Shown here: positions 32,053 to 40,753 of the stretch, one piece after another
How the letters are laid out: every line of letters begins with the position of its first letter
Position numbering within the stretch: the first letter of the stretch is position 1
Virus record (IMG/VR): IMGVR_UViG_3300038393_001217
Span: 1-40,753 of that record
DNA length: 40,753 nucleotides
Direction: 5' to 3' (one strand)
From: a virus
Taxonomy: Duplodnaviria > Caudoviricetes
The notes under the pieces: model-generated
Database searches by the model: none
Seen by the model: only the letters and a program-made list of their open reading frames with translations
Told to the model about the DNA's origin: nothing
Position numbers and translations under genes: made by a program

Positions 32053-33839
32053 GCGACCCCTACGCCGCCTTCTCCCGCAAGGCCGACGCCGATCCCTACG
32101 CGGGGATCGCCGTGCGCGCCGAGCGGGCTCCAGCACCGGCCAAGCCGAAGCGCGATGCCGTCATGGGCGGGACGGCCGCCTTCGACTCCGGCGTTCCCTT
32201 CATGGGCGAGTTCAAGGCCGCGATGGTCGCCGGGGTCGACGCGGCCGAGGGCAAGGGGCCGTTCCTGGAGCGCTACAAGGCCGAACGCGAGCGCCAGATG
32301 CAGCGCCGCACCGGCTTCACCGAGGACCACCCCATCGCGGCGAACGCGCTGCGCACCTATGGCGGCGCAACGACCATGGCGATCCCCGCGGGCGGAGCGG
32401 CCAATGCCTTCCGCGCCCCGCTGGTGGTGGCGGGCCGTCAGGTCGCGCCCGTCGTCGCCAACGCCCTGCGCGGCGCGACCCTGGCCTCCGGCGAGGCCGC
32501 GCTTTACGGGGCCGCGACCCAGCCGGGCGGCGCGCGCGAGCGCCTGCAGGCGGCGCGGGAAGCCAGCACCAATCCCGCGGTCCTGGCGCTCGGCGCGGCG
32601 GGCGGCGGTCTCTCGACGCCCCGAGCGCCGAAGCCGAAGGCCAAGGTCGACCCCAACGTGGCCGCGCTGCGAGCCAAGGGCGTGCAACTCACCCCAGGCC
32701 AGGCGCGCGGCGGCATCGCCAAGGCGACGGAGGATGCGGCGACCTCGCTCCCGATCCTCGGCACGGCCATCCAGGAGGCGCGGCAAGGCAGCGTCGAGAC
32801 GTTCAACCGCGCGGTGGCGAACGACGCCCTCGCGCCCATCGGCCAGAAGGTCCCGAGCAACATCCCGGCCGGTCACCAGATGGTGGCCTATACCGAGCAG
32901 AAATTGCGCGACGCCTACAACGCCACGATCCCGAAGCGGACCGTCGCGGCTGACCCGGAGTTCAGGCAGGGCTTCGCCACCCGGATCAGCGATATCGCGC
33001 AGGACATGACCGAAGCGGGCCGCGCGCGCCTGCACGAGATCCTGCAGCAGCGCGTCGCTGGGCGGTTCGACGAGAACGGCGGTGTTCTCACGGGCGAGCA
33101 GTTCCAGCGCGTCAACTCAGAGCTCGACACGACCCGCAAGCGCTTCGCCGCCAGTCAGGACGCCGACCAACGCGCCATCGCCGAGGGCATCGAGGCGGTT
33201 CAGGACGAATTGCGATCCGCTGCGGCGCGGCAGGACCCGGCCTTCGCCAAGCGCAAGGCGGCGATCGACAAGGGCTATGCGCTGTTCAAGCGCCAGCAGA
33301 GCGCGGCAGCGGCTCAGGGGGCGGAGGGCGGTGTTTTCACGCCTGCGCAGTACGGCGGGTCCGTTCGCAGGGGCGACAAGTCCCTGGACAAGGGCGCGTC
33401 GGCGCGTGGCGGGGCGCTTGGCCAGGAGTTCGCGGACCAAGCCCGCGCCGTCCTTCCCAGCAAGACGCCGGACAGCGGTACGGCGACGCGTGGGGCTCTG
33501 GTGGCCGCCGGCGCAGCCGGAGCCAAGGTTGCGGGCGCCGTGATGGCCGGTCATCCCCTGACCGCCGTTCCGACCATCGCCGGCGGGGCGGCGGCGCTGG
33601 GCGGGCTCAAGCTGGCCGCGCGCGCCTACGCGCCGGAAGCCATCGCCGCCGCCAATGCGGCCTTGGACGCCAGGATCACGGCGCAGGGACAGGCGCAGGC
33701 GTTGGCGCAGCTGAAGGCCATGGCCCAGCGTGACCCGGCCGTGGCGCAGCTCTATCGGGCCGTCGCCGAGCGGCTCAGCCGGTCGGCTGCCGTCGCCGCA
33801 TCACCGAGCGCGCCGCAAAGCGCCAGCCCCGCACAATAG
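32049..33839 (+). CDS. DNA ejection protein (third, Ala-rich)
   Basis: Position and composition; GVQLTPGQ and TPDSGTATR motifs. Confidence 0.7.
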   Translation: MSDPYAAFSRKADADPYAGIAVRAERAPAPAKPKRDAVMGGTAAFDSGVPFMGEFKAAMVAGVDAAEGKGPFLERYKAERERQMQRRTGFTEDHPIAANALRTYGGATTMAIPAGGAANAFRAPLVVAGRQVAPVVANALRGATLASGEAALYGAATQPGGARERLQAAREASTNPAVLALGAAGGGLSTPRAPKPKAKVDPNVAALRAKGVQLTPGQARGGIAKATEDAATSLPILGTAIQEARQGSVETFNRAVANDALAPIGQKVPSNIPAGHQMVAYTEQKLRDAYNATIPKRTVAADPEFRQGFATRISDIAQDMTEAGRARLHEILQQRVAGRFDENGGVLTGEQFQRVNSELDTTRKRFAASQDADQRAIAEGIEAVQDELRSAAARQDPAFAKRKAAIDKGYALFKRQQSAAAAQGAEGGVFTPAQYGGSVRRGDKSLDKGASARGGALGQEFADQARAVLPSKTPDSGTATRGALVAAGAAGAKVAGAVMAGHPLTAVPTIAGGAAALGGLKLAARAYAPEAIAAANAALDARITAQGQAQALAQLKAMAQRDPAVAQLYRAVAERLSRSAAVAASPSAPQSASPAQ

Positions 33840-33927
33840 CCACCCAGAGCAGGAAGAAGCCGGGCACGAACCAGGCTTCCCGATAGATCACGTCGAACTC
33901 GTCTTCAGGCGGCGCGGTCTTCTGCAT
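33775..33927 (-). CDS. 50-aa antisense membrane protein
   Basis: Own translation: [50 protein letters not shown]; TGCTAAGGT extended -10 lies 6 nt before the ATG. Confidence 0.5.
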   Translation of the reverse strand: MQKTAPPEDEFDVIYREAWFVPGFFLLWVAIVRGWRFAARSVMRRRQPTG

Positions 33928-33955
33928 TCCCCCACCTTAGCACGGAGACGCCCGC

Positions 33956-34615
33956 ATGGCTCTCGCCAAGCTCGACGTCATCGAGCAATACTTCGACGAC
34001 GAAGGCAACCCGCTCCCGGGCGGGCTGATCTATACCTATGTCGCCGAGACCTCGACCCCGCTGGCGACCTACTCCAACAACGACAGCCCCCCCAGCGCCC
34101 ACACCAACCCGATCGAACTGGACTCCGCGGGCCGCCCGCCGGGCGATGGCATCTGGTTCACGCAAGGGGCGTCCTACAAGGTCATCATCAAGGACGCGGA
34201 CGGCGTCACCCTCGAGACCATCGACAAGCTGACCATCCTGGTCACCGACGCCGAGACCACGGCGGTGCAGGACAGCAGCGCGGTGCTGACCTATGCGGGC
34301 GGGCCGCCGACCTCCAGCGAATGGCTGGGCGGCGAGCGCTTCGACCACGACGTGGACTTCCTGGCCGGTTGGGCGGGCTCGTTCGGCAAGGTCCCGAAGA
34401 CCCTGCCCACCGCCAGCTTCGCCGTCGACATCCAGAAGAACAACGTGACGGTCGGAACCGCCACCTGCACGACGCTGGGGGACTGGATCTTCGCCACCAC
34501 GGGCGGCGCGGCGGTGAGCTTCGCCACGGGTGATGAACTGGACTTCTACGGCCCCTCGGTCGTGGACGCCACCATGGCCAACTTCGGCCTGACGCTTGCG
34601 GGGACGCGGGTATGA
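33956..34615 (+). CDS. Tail fibre/spike anchor protein
   Basis: FDDEGNPLPGGLIYTY..TSTPLATY..NPIELDSAGR virion-attachment domain. Confidence 0.75.
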   Translation: MALAKLDVIEQYFDDEGNPLPGGLIYTYVAETSTPLATYSNNDSPPSAHTNPIELDSAGRPPGDGIWFTQGASYKVIIKDADGVTLETIDKLTILVTDAETTAVQDSSAVLTYAGGPPTSSEWLGGERFDHDVDFLAGWAGSFGKVPKTLPTASFAVDIQKNNVTVGTATCTTLGDWIFATTGGAAVSFATGDELDFYGPSVVDATMANFGLTLAGTRV

Positions 34616-35397
34616 GCATGATGCGCGGAGCCGAGGTGAGCTTTGACACCTCCGACGATCCGGGGACCTACGCCCTGTGCAACACGGTCGGCTGGATCAC
34701 GGTCGAACTGCCGGCCGGCTATGTGTCCGGCGAGCCGATCTCGCTGCTGATCGACGGCGGGGTGTTCTCGTCCGGAGAGTTCCCGGACAGCTACGACGTC
34801 ACCTTGGGCGTCGACCTGGTGACCGTGGACGGCGACGGCGTCGACACGGCCAGCTTCTCCATCTCCGGGGACAGCTGGGCGCCGGGCTCGGTGTTCTCGG
34901 TGCGGCCCTCCAACTCGGCGAGCTGGAATAGCGCCGGGGCCGGGGCTCAGCTGACCCTGACGGTCAACGACGACAGCCATTGCGGCTACACCCTGATCGA
35001 CAACGGCTCGGGGGAGGGCGCGCTCAACCTGCCGCCGGTGACGGTGTTCGGCTGGTCGCCGGCCCTCAGGGCGCAGGACAACGGGACCGGCACGCCGCTC
35101 AACCCCGGGGACCGGGTGAGCTTCTATATCACCGCCCAGACCTTCAGCTATGACAGCGTAAACAACGCCCGGGGCGTCTATCCCGGGATCACCGGCCTGA
35201 CCCTTCAGGCCGGGGACACGGTCCCGCTGGACATCGAGGACGTGTTCGTCGGCTTCAGCGCCGGGTCGGGCTCGTGGAACGCCTATCGGGCGATTGAGGC
35301 CGCCGCACCGACCGTCTCGGTCGATGCCGAGGACTGGTATCTCGTCGAGGCCCGCCGCGTCCGCTCCACCATGCGGCTTCGCTACGCGGCGCCCTGA
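34612..35397 (+). CDS. Tail-associated beta-rich protein
   Basis: Coupled to the anchor gene; S/G/T/D-rich. Confidence 0.6.
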   Translation: MSMMRGAEVSFDTSDDPGTYALCNTVGWITVELPAGYVSGEPISLLIDGGVFSSGEFPDSYDVTLGVDLVTVDGDGVDTASFSISGDSWAPGSVFSVRPSNSASWNSAGAGAQLTLTVNDDSHCGYTLIDNGSGEGALNLPPVTVFGWSPALRAQDNGTGTPLNPGDRVSFYITAQTFSYDSVNNARGVYPGITGLTLQAGDTVPLDIEDVFVGFSAGSGSWNAYRAIEAAAPTVSVDAEDWYLVEARRVRSTMRLRYAAP

Positions 35398-35609
35398 TGT
35401 CCCGTCCGCACTACCCCCGCCAGGGCTTCGCCAAGTACCTCGGCAACGACAAGGCGCTGCTCGATTACCTCGCCCTGATCGCGGACATCAAGGTGATGCT
35501 CGAGCAGCTGATCGCGGCGCTTCCCGACCAACTGACCGGCGCGCTACTCACCGAGAGCGGCGAGTTCCTCCTGACCGAAGGCGGCGACACGATGCTGCTG
35601 GAGACCTAG
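35397..35609 (+). CDS. Small tail protein with LLTExG repeats
   Basis: C-terminus LLTESGEFLLTEGGDTMLLET. Confidence 0.6.
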   Translation: MSRPHYPRQGFAKYLGNDKALLDYLALIADIKVMLEQLIAALPDQLTGALLTESGEFLLTEGGDTMLLET

Positions 35610-36923
35610 ATGGCCGCCAAGATCTCCGAACTGCCGGCAGGGTCAGCCCTCGCCGGGACCGAAGCCGTGCCGGTCGTGCAGGCCGCCGCGACAGTCCAGG
35701 TCGCCGCCAGCGCCTTCAAGACTCTGGCGCTGGAGGATTTCAGCGCCAACGCTCTGACCTTCGTGGCGGCGGCGGATTTCTCGGCGATGCGCGCAGCGCT
35801 GGGCGTGGCCATCGGAACCGACGTGCCGGCCTACAGCGCCAACCTTGGCGGCCTGTCCTCCCTGGCGACCCTCGGCCTGATCTCGCGCACCGGGGCTGGG
35901 ACCTTCACCACCTACACGCTCGACACGGATACGGCCCTCACCGCCAACAGCGACAGCCGGATCGCTTCGCAGAAAGCCACCAAGGCCTATGTGGATGCGG
36001 CTGTCGGGGGCGCGGTTTCGGACGGCGACAAGGGCGACATCACCGTCTCGTCCTCCGGGACGGTCTGGACGGTCGACAGCAACACCATCAGCGACGCCAA
36101 GCTGCGGCAGTCGGCGGGCCTGTCGGTCATCGCCCGCTCCGCCAACTCCACCGGCAATGTCGCGGACGTCACGGCGGCCAACGACGGGGAGGTTCTGCGC
36201 CGCTCCGGGACGACCTTGGGCTTCGGGACCATCGCCACGGCCGGCATCGCCAACAGCGCCGTCACCTTGGCCAAGATCGCCAACGCCTCGGCCAACTCCA
36301 AGCTGCTGGGCTCGGGCGCCGCCGGGTCCGGCTCGGCCTATACCGAGCTCTCGCTTGGAACCGGCCTGTCGTTCTCCGGCACGACGCTGAACGTCTCGGG
36401 CTTTGCCACCACGGGCGCGATCACCGGCTCTGGCCTCACGATGTCCACGGCGCGGCTGCTGGGCCGCACCACGGCTTCCAGCGGGGCGGTGGAAGAGATC
36501 ACCGTCTCCACGGGCCTGACGTTCAGCGCCACGACCTTGAGCGTCAACCAATCGCAGATCAAGGCCACGGAAAGCCTCGTCATCGCGTGCTCGGACGAGA
36601 CGACGGCGCTTTCCACCGGGACGGCCAAGGTGACGTTCCGAATGCCCTACGCCTTCACCGTGTCGGATGTGCGCGCCTCCCTGACCACGGCGCAGACATC
36701 GGGCTCCATATTCACGGTCGACATCAATGAGGCTGGGACGTCGATCATCTCGACCAAGCTGACCATCGACAACACCGAAAAGACCAGCACCACGGCGACG
36801 ACGCCGCCGGTGATCTCGGACAGCTCCCTGGCCGACGACGCGGAAATCACCGTGGACATCGACCAGATAGGCGACGGCACCGCCAAGGGCCTTAAGGTCT
36901 ACCTGATCGGCGCGCGCACATGA
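35610..36923 (+). CDS. Tail fibre protein
   Basis: KISELP N-terminus; DGDKGDITVS, AVTLAKI and LLGR..SGAVEEI repeats; T/S/G/A-rich. Confidence 0.75.
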   Translation: MAAKISELPAGSALAGTEAVPVVQAAATVQVAASAFKTLALEDFSANALTFVAAADFSAMRAALGVAIGTDVPAYSANLGGLSSLATLGLISRTGAGTFTTYTLDTDTALTANSDSRIASQKATKAYVDAAVGGAVSDGDKGDITVSSSGTVWTVDSNTISDAKLRQSAGLSVIARSANSTGNVADVTAANDGEVLRRSGTTLGFGTIATAGIANSAVTLAKIANASANSKLLGSGAAGSGSAYTELSLGTGLSFSGTTLNVSGFATTGAITGSGLTMSTARLLGRTTASSGAVEEITVSTGLTFSATTLSVNQSQIKATESLVIACSDETTALSTGTAKVTFRMPYAFTVSDVRASLTTAQTSGSIFTVDINEAGTSIISTKLTIDNTEKTSTTATTPPVISDSSLADDAEITVDIDQIGDGTAKGLKVYLIGART

Positions 36924-38089
36924 GCATGATGATCAGGCCTTATGCGTTTGCCGCCGGCGCGGCGCCCGTGGTCCCGGTCACGCGCCAGGTCTATTCGAGC
37001 GAAAGCCTCGCCGAGGTCACCAACACCAACTCGGCCTCGCCCACGACCCTGGTCAGCCTCACCTTCACGCCAGACGCAAACAAGGCCTACGTCATCTTCT
37101 GGTCGGCCGAGCACAGCATCGCCACGGCTGGACAGCGCACTGTCCTGCGGTTTCGCGAAGCTGGCTCAGACATCATCCTGAGCGACGAAGCGCCCAAGGA
37201 GGCCTCGACACCCGTCGACTACTGGCAGCGCGGCGGCTTCACCATCTACCCCGCCAGCGCCTCGCCCGCCTCCACCACCTGGGACATCACGGTTGTCCGC
37301 AGCGGGGCGTCCGGCACGGCCCGCGCGCGTAATGGTCGTCTCGTGGCAATGCGCCTGGAGAACGGCGACGACTATGCCGTCAGCACCGGCGCCGATACGG
37401 TGACGGGAACCACCTACGGCGACAAGGCCAGCCTTGTCGTCAACGCCGGGGCGGGGCAGGACTACCTGGTGCTGGCCTCGGCCTCGCTCGAACCTGGCAC
37501 TAGCAACAACATCCGCTTCCGCGCCGAGCATGGCGGGGCCAACAGCTACGTTGCGGAGATGCGTGACAGCGGCGGCGCGGCGATGGCCGCCGGGATCGCC
37601 TGGGCGCGAACCGGCCTCACCGGGTCCAACACCTTCAAGACGCAGTTCTCGGCCGCGAGCGGCGGGGTTTCGGTCGTCTCATCCAAGCACCGCATCCTCG
37701 CCTTGGCGCTCGGCGCGGTGTACGACAACGACACGTCGACCCTGGGTTCGGACAGCGCTGGCACGGACATCGCCTATACAGATGCGCTGTCGCTCACGGC
37801 GACGCCCGCAGCGGCTGACTATCTGCTGATCGCCTCCTGGTTCATGAAGGGCAGCAACTCGACGGTCAGCACGCAATCGCAACTGCGCGATGGCGGAACA
37901 AGCCTGACCCAGAGCATTGCCGAGCAACGGGTGGGCGCGGCGGACGGAATGGGCTGCTTCATCGTCAAGGCGGCGACCTACACGGCTGCCTCGCGGACCT
38001 GGGACATCCAGCGGCTTTCCGAGGCCAACACGGTCACCAACACCATCCTCGCGGGGGCCATTATCTCGACGCTGCAGCTGCAGCCCTGA
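36920..38089 (+). CDS. Fibre-tip / receptor-binding protein candidate
   Basis: Coupled to the fibre gene; about three similar beta-sandwich-like segments. Confidence 0.6.
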   Translation: MSMMIRPYAFAAGAAPVVPVTRQVYSSESLAEVTNTNSASPTTLVSLTFTPDANKAYVIFWSAEHSIATAGQRTVLRFREAGSDIILSDEAPKEASTPVDYWQRGGFTIYPASASPASTTWDITVVRSGASGTARARNGRLVAMRLENGDDYAVSTGADTVTGTTYGDKASLVVNAGAGQDYLVLASASLEPGTSNNIRFRAEHGGANSYVAEMRDSGGAAMAAGIAWARTGLTGSNTFKTQFSAASGGVSVVSSKHRILALALGAVYDNDTSTLGSDSAGTDIAYTDALSLTATPAAADYLLIASWFMKGSNSTVSTQSQLRDGGTSLTQSIAEQRVGAADGMGCFIVKAATYTAASRTWDIQRLSEANTVTNTILAGAIISTLQLQP

Positions 38090-38128
38090 GGTTCCCGCCA
38101 CAGGCGAAAAAACCTTAACAATTCCCGA

Positions 38129-38157
38129 TTCACCTCCGCGCGAACCCGATCTAGACT
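38129..38157 (+). promoter_or_regulatory. Putative promoter for a leaderless moron transcript
   Basis: TTCACC-N17-TAGACT, ATG 7 nt downstream, A-rich upstream. Confidence 0.4.
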
Positions 38158-38164
38158 CCCCGTC

Positions 38165-38359
38165 ATGGTTGTCACCCGCTCGCGTCTCCTGCGCCTGGCG
38201 CTCGCCGCCGTCATGGGCCCGCTGACCGGTCCGCTGGCCCTGCGCGCCATGGCCTGCGCCAGGAAGGGCGAGCGCTGGCTGGCTGCGGGCTACGTCTGCG
38301 CCATCCCCGCCGTCTGGTTCGACCTGGCGATGCTGGCGGCGGCCCCATGGACCCGCTGA
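38165..38359 (+). CDS. Small membrane protein
   Basis: 64 aa with two hydrophobic segments. Confidence 0.55.
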   Translation: MVVTRSRLLRLALAAVMGPLTGPLALRAMACARKGERWLAAGYVCAIPAVWFDLAMLAAAPWTR

Positions 38360-38475
38360 TCCCCGCCGCCATCGGCCTGGCCGCGCTGGCGGCCCTGTTC
38401 GCGGTCCTGGCCCTGCGCAGCTGGCGCGAGGACCGTCGCCGCGCCCGCGAGGCCGTCGCCCGTCGACTTCAGTAG
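38347..38475 (+). CDS. Small single-TM protein
   Basis: Own translation: MDPLIPAAIGLAALAALFAVLALRSWREDRRRAREAVARRLQ. Confidence 0.5.
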   Translation: MDPLIPAAIGLAALAALFAVLALRSWREDRRRAREAVARRLQ

Positions 38476-38565
38476 CGCGTACCCGACCGGCTGATCGCCG
38501 TCACACGCCCGCTGCGCTGAACGCCCGCCCGCCGGGTCTCCAGCCCGGCCCGAAAGGTCACCCCC

Positions 38566-39585
38566 ATGCGCCACCCAATAGCCGCGCTCGCGGCCGTGTG
38601 CCTTGCGTTGTCCTGTGTCCTGCTTGCCGCCCCGGCGGCGGCGGCCTCGCTCACCGCCACGCCCGCCGACGCCCTCGCCGTGGTGACGGCGCTGGCCCAG
38701 CCCGGCGACGTCGTCACCCTCGCGCCTGGGGTCTACGGTCCCGTCAACCTGCGCGGCCGCACCTTCAACCCGCCGCTGACCATCAACGCCACGGGCGCGA
38801 CCCTGACCAACTGGACCTTCCGCGACGGCGGCGGCCTGGTGCTGAACGGCGCGACGGTCGTCACTGTCTGCGACCCGCTGAAGGTCTGCGGCGCGGGCCT
38901 GGCGGTGGAGCGGTGGAACGGCTTCATCGCCAAGGGACTGACGGCCCTCGGCCCGGAGGAGAGCCGGCCGGGCTACATGGGCGCTGTGGCGGACGGAACC
39001 GGCCTGCGCATCGCCAGCGCCACCGCGGTCACCGTCTCCGACAGCGACTTCATCGGCTGGGAGCGGGGTCTCACCATGACCCTGACCGACGGCTTCACGG
39101 TCAAGGGAAACCACTTCACGCGGATGCGGGTCGATGGCCTGGACGTGGCGCTGAGCCACAAGGGCGTCATCGAGGCCAACAACTGCGAAGGGTTCCGCCG
39201 GCTCACCGACGAGCATCCCGACTGCATCCAGCTGTGGAGCCGCCCGACCGTGGCCCCGGTGTCGGACGTCGCCATCCGCGGCAACAAGGCCACCGGCGAC
39301 ATGCAGGGCGTGGGGATGTTCAACCACATCCGCGACGGGGTCGACGACGGCGGCTTCGACCGCATCGTCATCGAGGACAACGACATCGCCACCAGCCATC
39401 CGCAGGGCATCGCCCTCTACGACGGCCGTGACAGCATCATCCGCAACAACCGGGTGCGGACCCTGGCCGGGGCGACGATGCAGACCCGGATCACCATCCA
39501 GAACCCCACGCGTGTCACCCGCTGCGGCAACGCGGTGGAGGCGGCGTTGGGCCGCGCGGCGCGCGTCGACGCGCCGTGCCCCTGA
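38566..39585 (+). CDS. Secreted right-handed beta-helix (pectate-lyase-like) protein
   Basis: Sec-type signal peptide ending in AAA, AQPGDVVTLAPGVY start motif, HPDCIQ, repeated IxxNx turns. Confidence 0.8.
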   Translation: MRHPIAALAAVCLALSCVLLAAPAAAASLTATPADALAVVTALAQPGDVVTLAPGVYGPVNLRGRTFNPPLTINATGATLTNWTFRDGGGLVLNGATVVTVCDPLKVCGAGLAVERWNGFIAKGLTALGPEESRPGYMGAVADGTGLRIASATAVTVSDSDFIGWERGLTMTLTDGFTVKGNHFTRMRVDGLDVALSHKGVIEANNCEGFRRLTDEHPDCIQLWSRPTVAPVSDVAIRGNKATGDMQGVGMFNHIRDGVDDGGFDRIVIEDNDIATSHPQGIALYDGRDSIIRNNRVRTLAGATMQTRITIQNPTRVTRCGNAVEAALGRAARVDAPCP

Positions 39586-39734
39586 GGACGGCCCGCCGCC
39601 GCGGCCATCCTGCTGAGAGTTCGAGTTCAAGAAGGGGCGGGGCGCCTATGAGGACAGACCGTGGAACCCATCCCCCGTCCAGAGCATCTGGCGCCTGCCA
39701 GCCCGACTGCCCCTAGCGTACCAAGGAGCCGCGC

Positions 39735-40163
39735 ATGGCCGCCGCCGTCGACATCACCCCCTGGATCGGTATCGGGATTTCGATCCTCACGGTCCTGGGC
39801 GGCTCGGCCGTCAACCTGTTCATCATCGGCCGGTTCATCGGCCGCTCGGACGAGGCCATGAAGAACGTGGCCTCAACCCTGGAGAAGGTGGAGGGGCGCG
39901 TCGAGGAAGTCGCGGTCCTAGCCGACAAGGTCCCGCTCCTCGACCAGCGCCTGACGGCGACTGAGGTCGCCGTGGCGGCCGTGGCGGGCATGAAGGAGCA
40001 GATCACCCGCCTGACGACCACCATCGAGATCGACGGCAAGCACAGCCGCGAGAAGCTGGAGGGCGTCAGCCGATCCATCAGCGTCATCGAGCGGCAGCTC
40101 GCGAATCTTGTGACCACGCGCGCAGGCTTCACGACCCTGACGTCCGACGAGACGAACCGATGA
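39735..40163 (+). CDS. N-terminal TM + coiled-coil protein (holin-like, lysis cassette)
   Basis: AAGGAG RBS, single TM, coupled to the endolysin. Confidence 0.55.
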   Translation: MAAAVDITPWIGIGISILTVLGGSAVNLFIIGRFIGRSDEAMKNVASTLEKVEGRVEEVAVLADKVPLLDQRLTATEVAVAAVAGMKEQITRLTTTIEIDGKHSREKLEGVSRSISVIERQLANLVTTRAGFTTLTSDETNR

Positions 40164-40585
40164 ACACCGACCGCACGCTCCTCGCCGAGTTGCGCCGGGA
40201 CGAGGGAGTCCGCAGCAAGCCCTACCGCGATACGGTGGGCAAGCTCACGATCGGGGTCGGCAGAAACCTCGACGACGTTGGCCTCTCCGACGAGGAGATC
40301 GACTACCTGCTGGCCAACGATGTCGCCCGCGTGAAGGCCGAGATGGATCTCGCCATCCCATGGTGGCGCGACCTGGACGCGGTCCGCCAGCGCGCCCTGG
40401 TCAACATGTGCTTCAACCTCGGCATCCATGGCCTCTTGGGGTTCAGGAACACGCTGGCGGCCATCCAGGCTCACGATTGGCCCAAGGCCGCTGCGGGGAT
40501 GTTGGAAAGCCGCTGGGCGCGTCAGACGGGCGCCCGAGCCCATCGCCTGGCCCACATGATGGAAACCGGGGAAGCGCCCCTGTGA
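40160..40585 (+). CDS. Endolysin, T4-lysozyme-like (GH24)
   Basis: LRRDEGVRSKPYRDTVGKLTIGVGRNL (E-X8-D-X5-T triad), LVNMCFNLG, SRWARQTGARA. Confidence 0.92.
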   Translation: MNTDRTLLAELRRDEGVRSKPYRDTVGKLTIGVGRNLDDVGLSDEEIDYLLANDVARVKAEMDLAIPWWRDLDAVRQRALVNMCFNLGIHGLLGFRNTLAAIQAHDWPKAAAGMLESRWARQTGARAHRLAHMMETGEAPL

Positions 40586-40707
40586 CCCTCCTCGTCTTCG
40601 GCCTTGGTGTGGTCGTGGGCGGAACGCTGATGACGCTCGTGTCGGTGCTGGGCGTGTTCGCCGCCGGACGGGTGATCTCCTCCTGGATCGACCGGGCCAT
40701 GCCCTGA
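40582..40707 (+). CDS. Small hydrophobic lysis-cassette protein
   Basis: 41 aa, GTGA-coupled to the endolysin; its 3' part is duplicated at 1-81. Confidence 0.5.
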   Translation: MTLLVFGLGVVVGGTLMTLVSVLGVFAAGRVISSWIDRAMP

Positions 40708-40753
40708 ACGGAGACCTTCGATGAAACCCATCCTTCCCGCCCTTCTGGTGATC
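40627..40753. repeat. Terminal direct repeat of 1-127 (circular assembly overlap)
   Basis: Identical to 1-127. Confidence 0.95.

Larger units (their letters stand above)
1..40753. mobile_element. Complete temperate bacteriophage genome (P22-like podovirus architecture), excised/circular form
   Basis: Integrase with intact attP, cI/cro, replication, terminase, portal, capsid, ejection, fibre and lysis genes; circular ends; no host housekeeping genes. Confidence 0.93.

Noticed and set aside
22581-32136. Long antisense or alternate-frame ORFs (e.g. 22581..24620, 29803..32136, 30756..32036)
   Set aside because: Shadow ORFs of GC-rich coding sequence overlapping well-supported structural genes, with no motifs.
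33956-39585. Diversity-generating retroelement or invertible fibre switch
   Set aside because: No reverse transcriptase or invertase, and no template/variable repeat pair seen.

Overview
This window is an apparently complete, circular genome of a temperate, GC-rich phage with P22-like (short-tailed) virion genes. Bases 1-127 repeat at 40627-40753 as an assembly overlap, so the unit length is about 40,626 bp. An alphaproteobacterial, possibly Caulobacteraceae-like, host is inferred from gene content and the attP tRNA sequence. Gene order: lysis end; a tRNA-Gly(TCC) preceded by a structured RNA leader; attP (3' half of tRNA-Thr(GGT)); tyrosine integrase and xis; a leftward early operon of many small genes (NDT-like, HNHs, NinB, SSB-like, Nmad5-like); a cI/cro switch with GTCGGA-N4-TCCGAC operators; a rightward early operon (HNH-AP2, DUF1064, DnaA domain IV protein, TOPRIM/AAA primase-helicase, probable ori, NusG paralog); an acr-aca-like autoregulated mini-operon; a late promoter with a structured leader; then terminase, portal, scaffold, capsid, gp4/gp10-like, three ejection proteins, two fibre modules, a secreted beta-helix gene and lysis genes. 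The most unusual observation is an array at about 4.5-6.3 kb of single-gene units of roughly 200 bp, bounded by a degenerate 27-bp inverted-repeat site (TT[C/A]GA-N15-TC[G/T]AA, 10-7-10) that resembles a recombination or boundary site. All product calls come from motif recognition by eye, without database searches.
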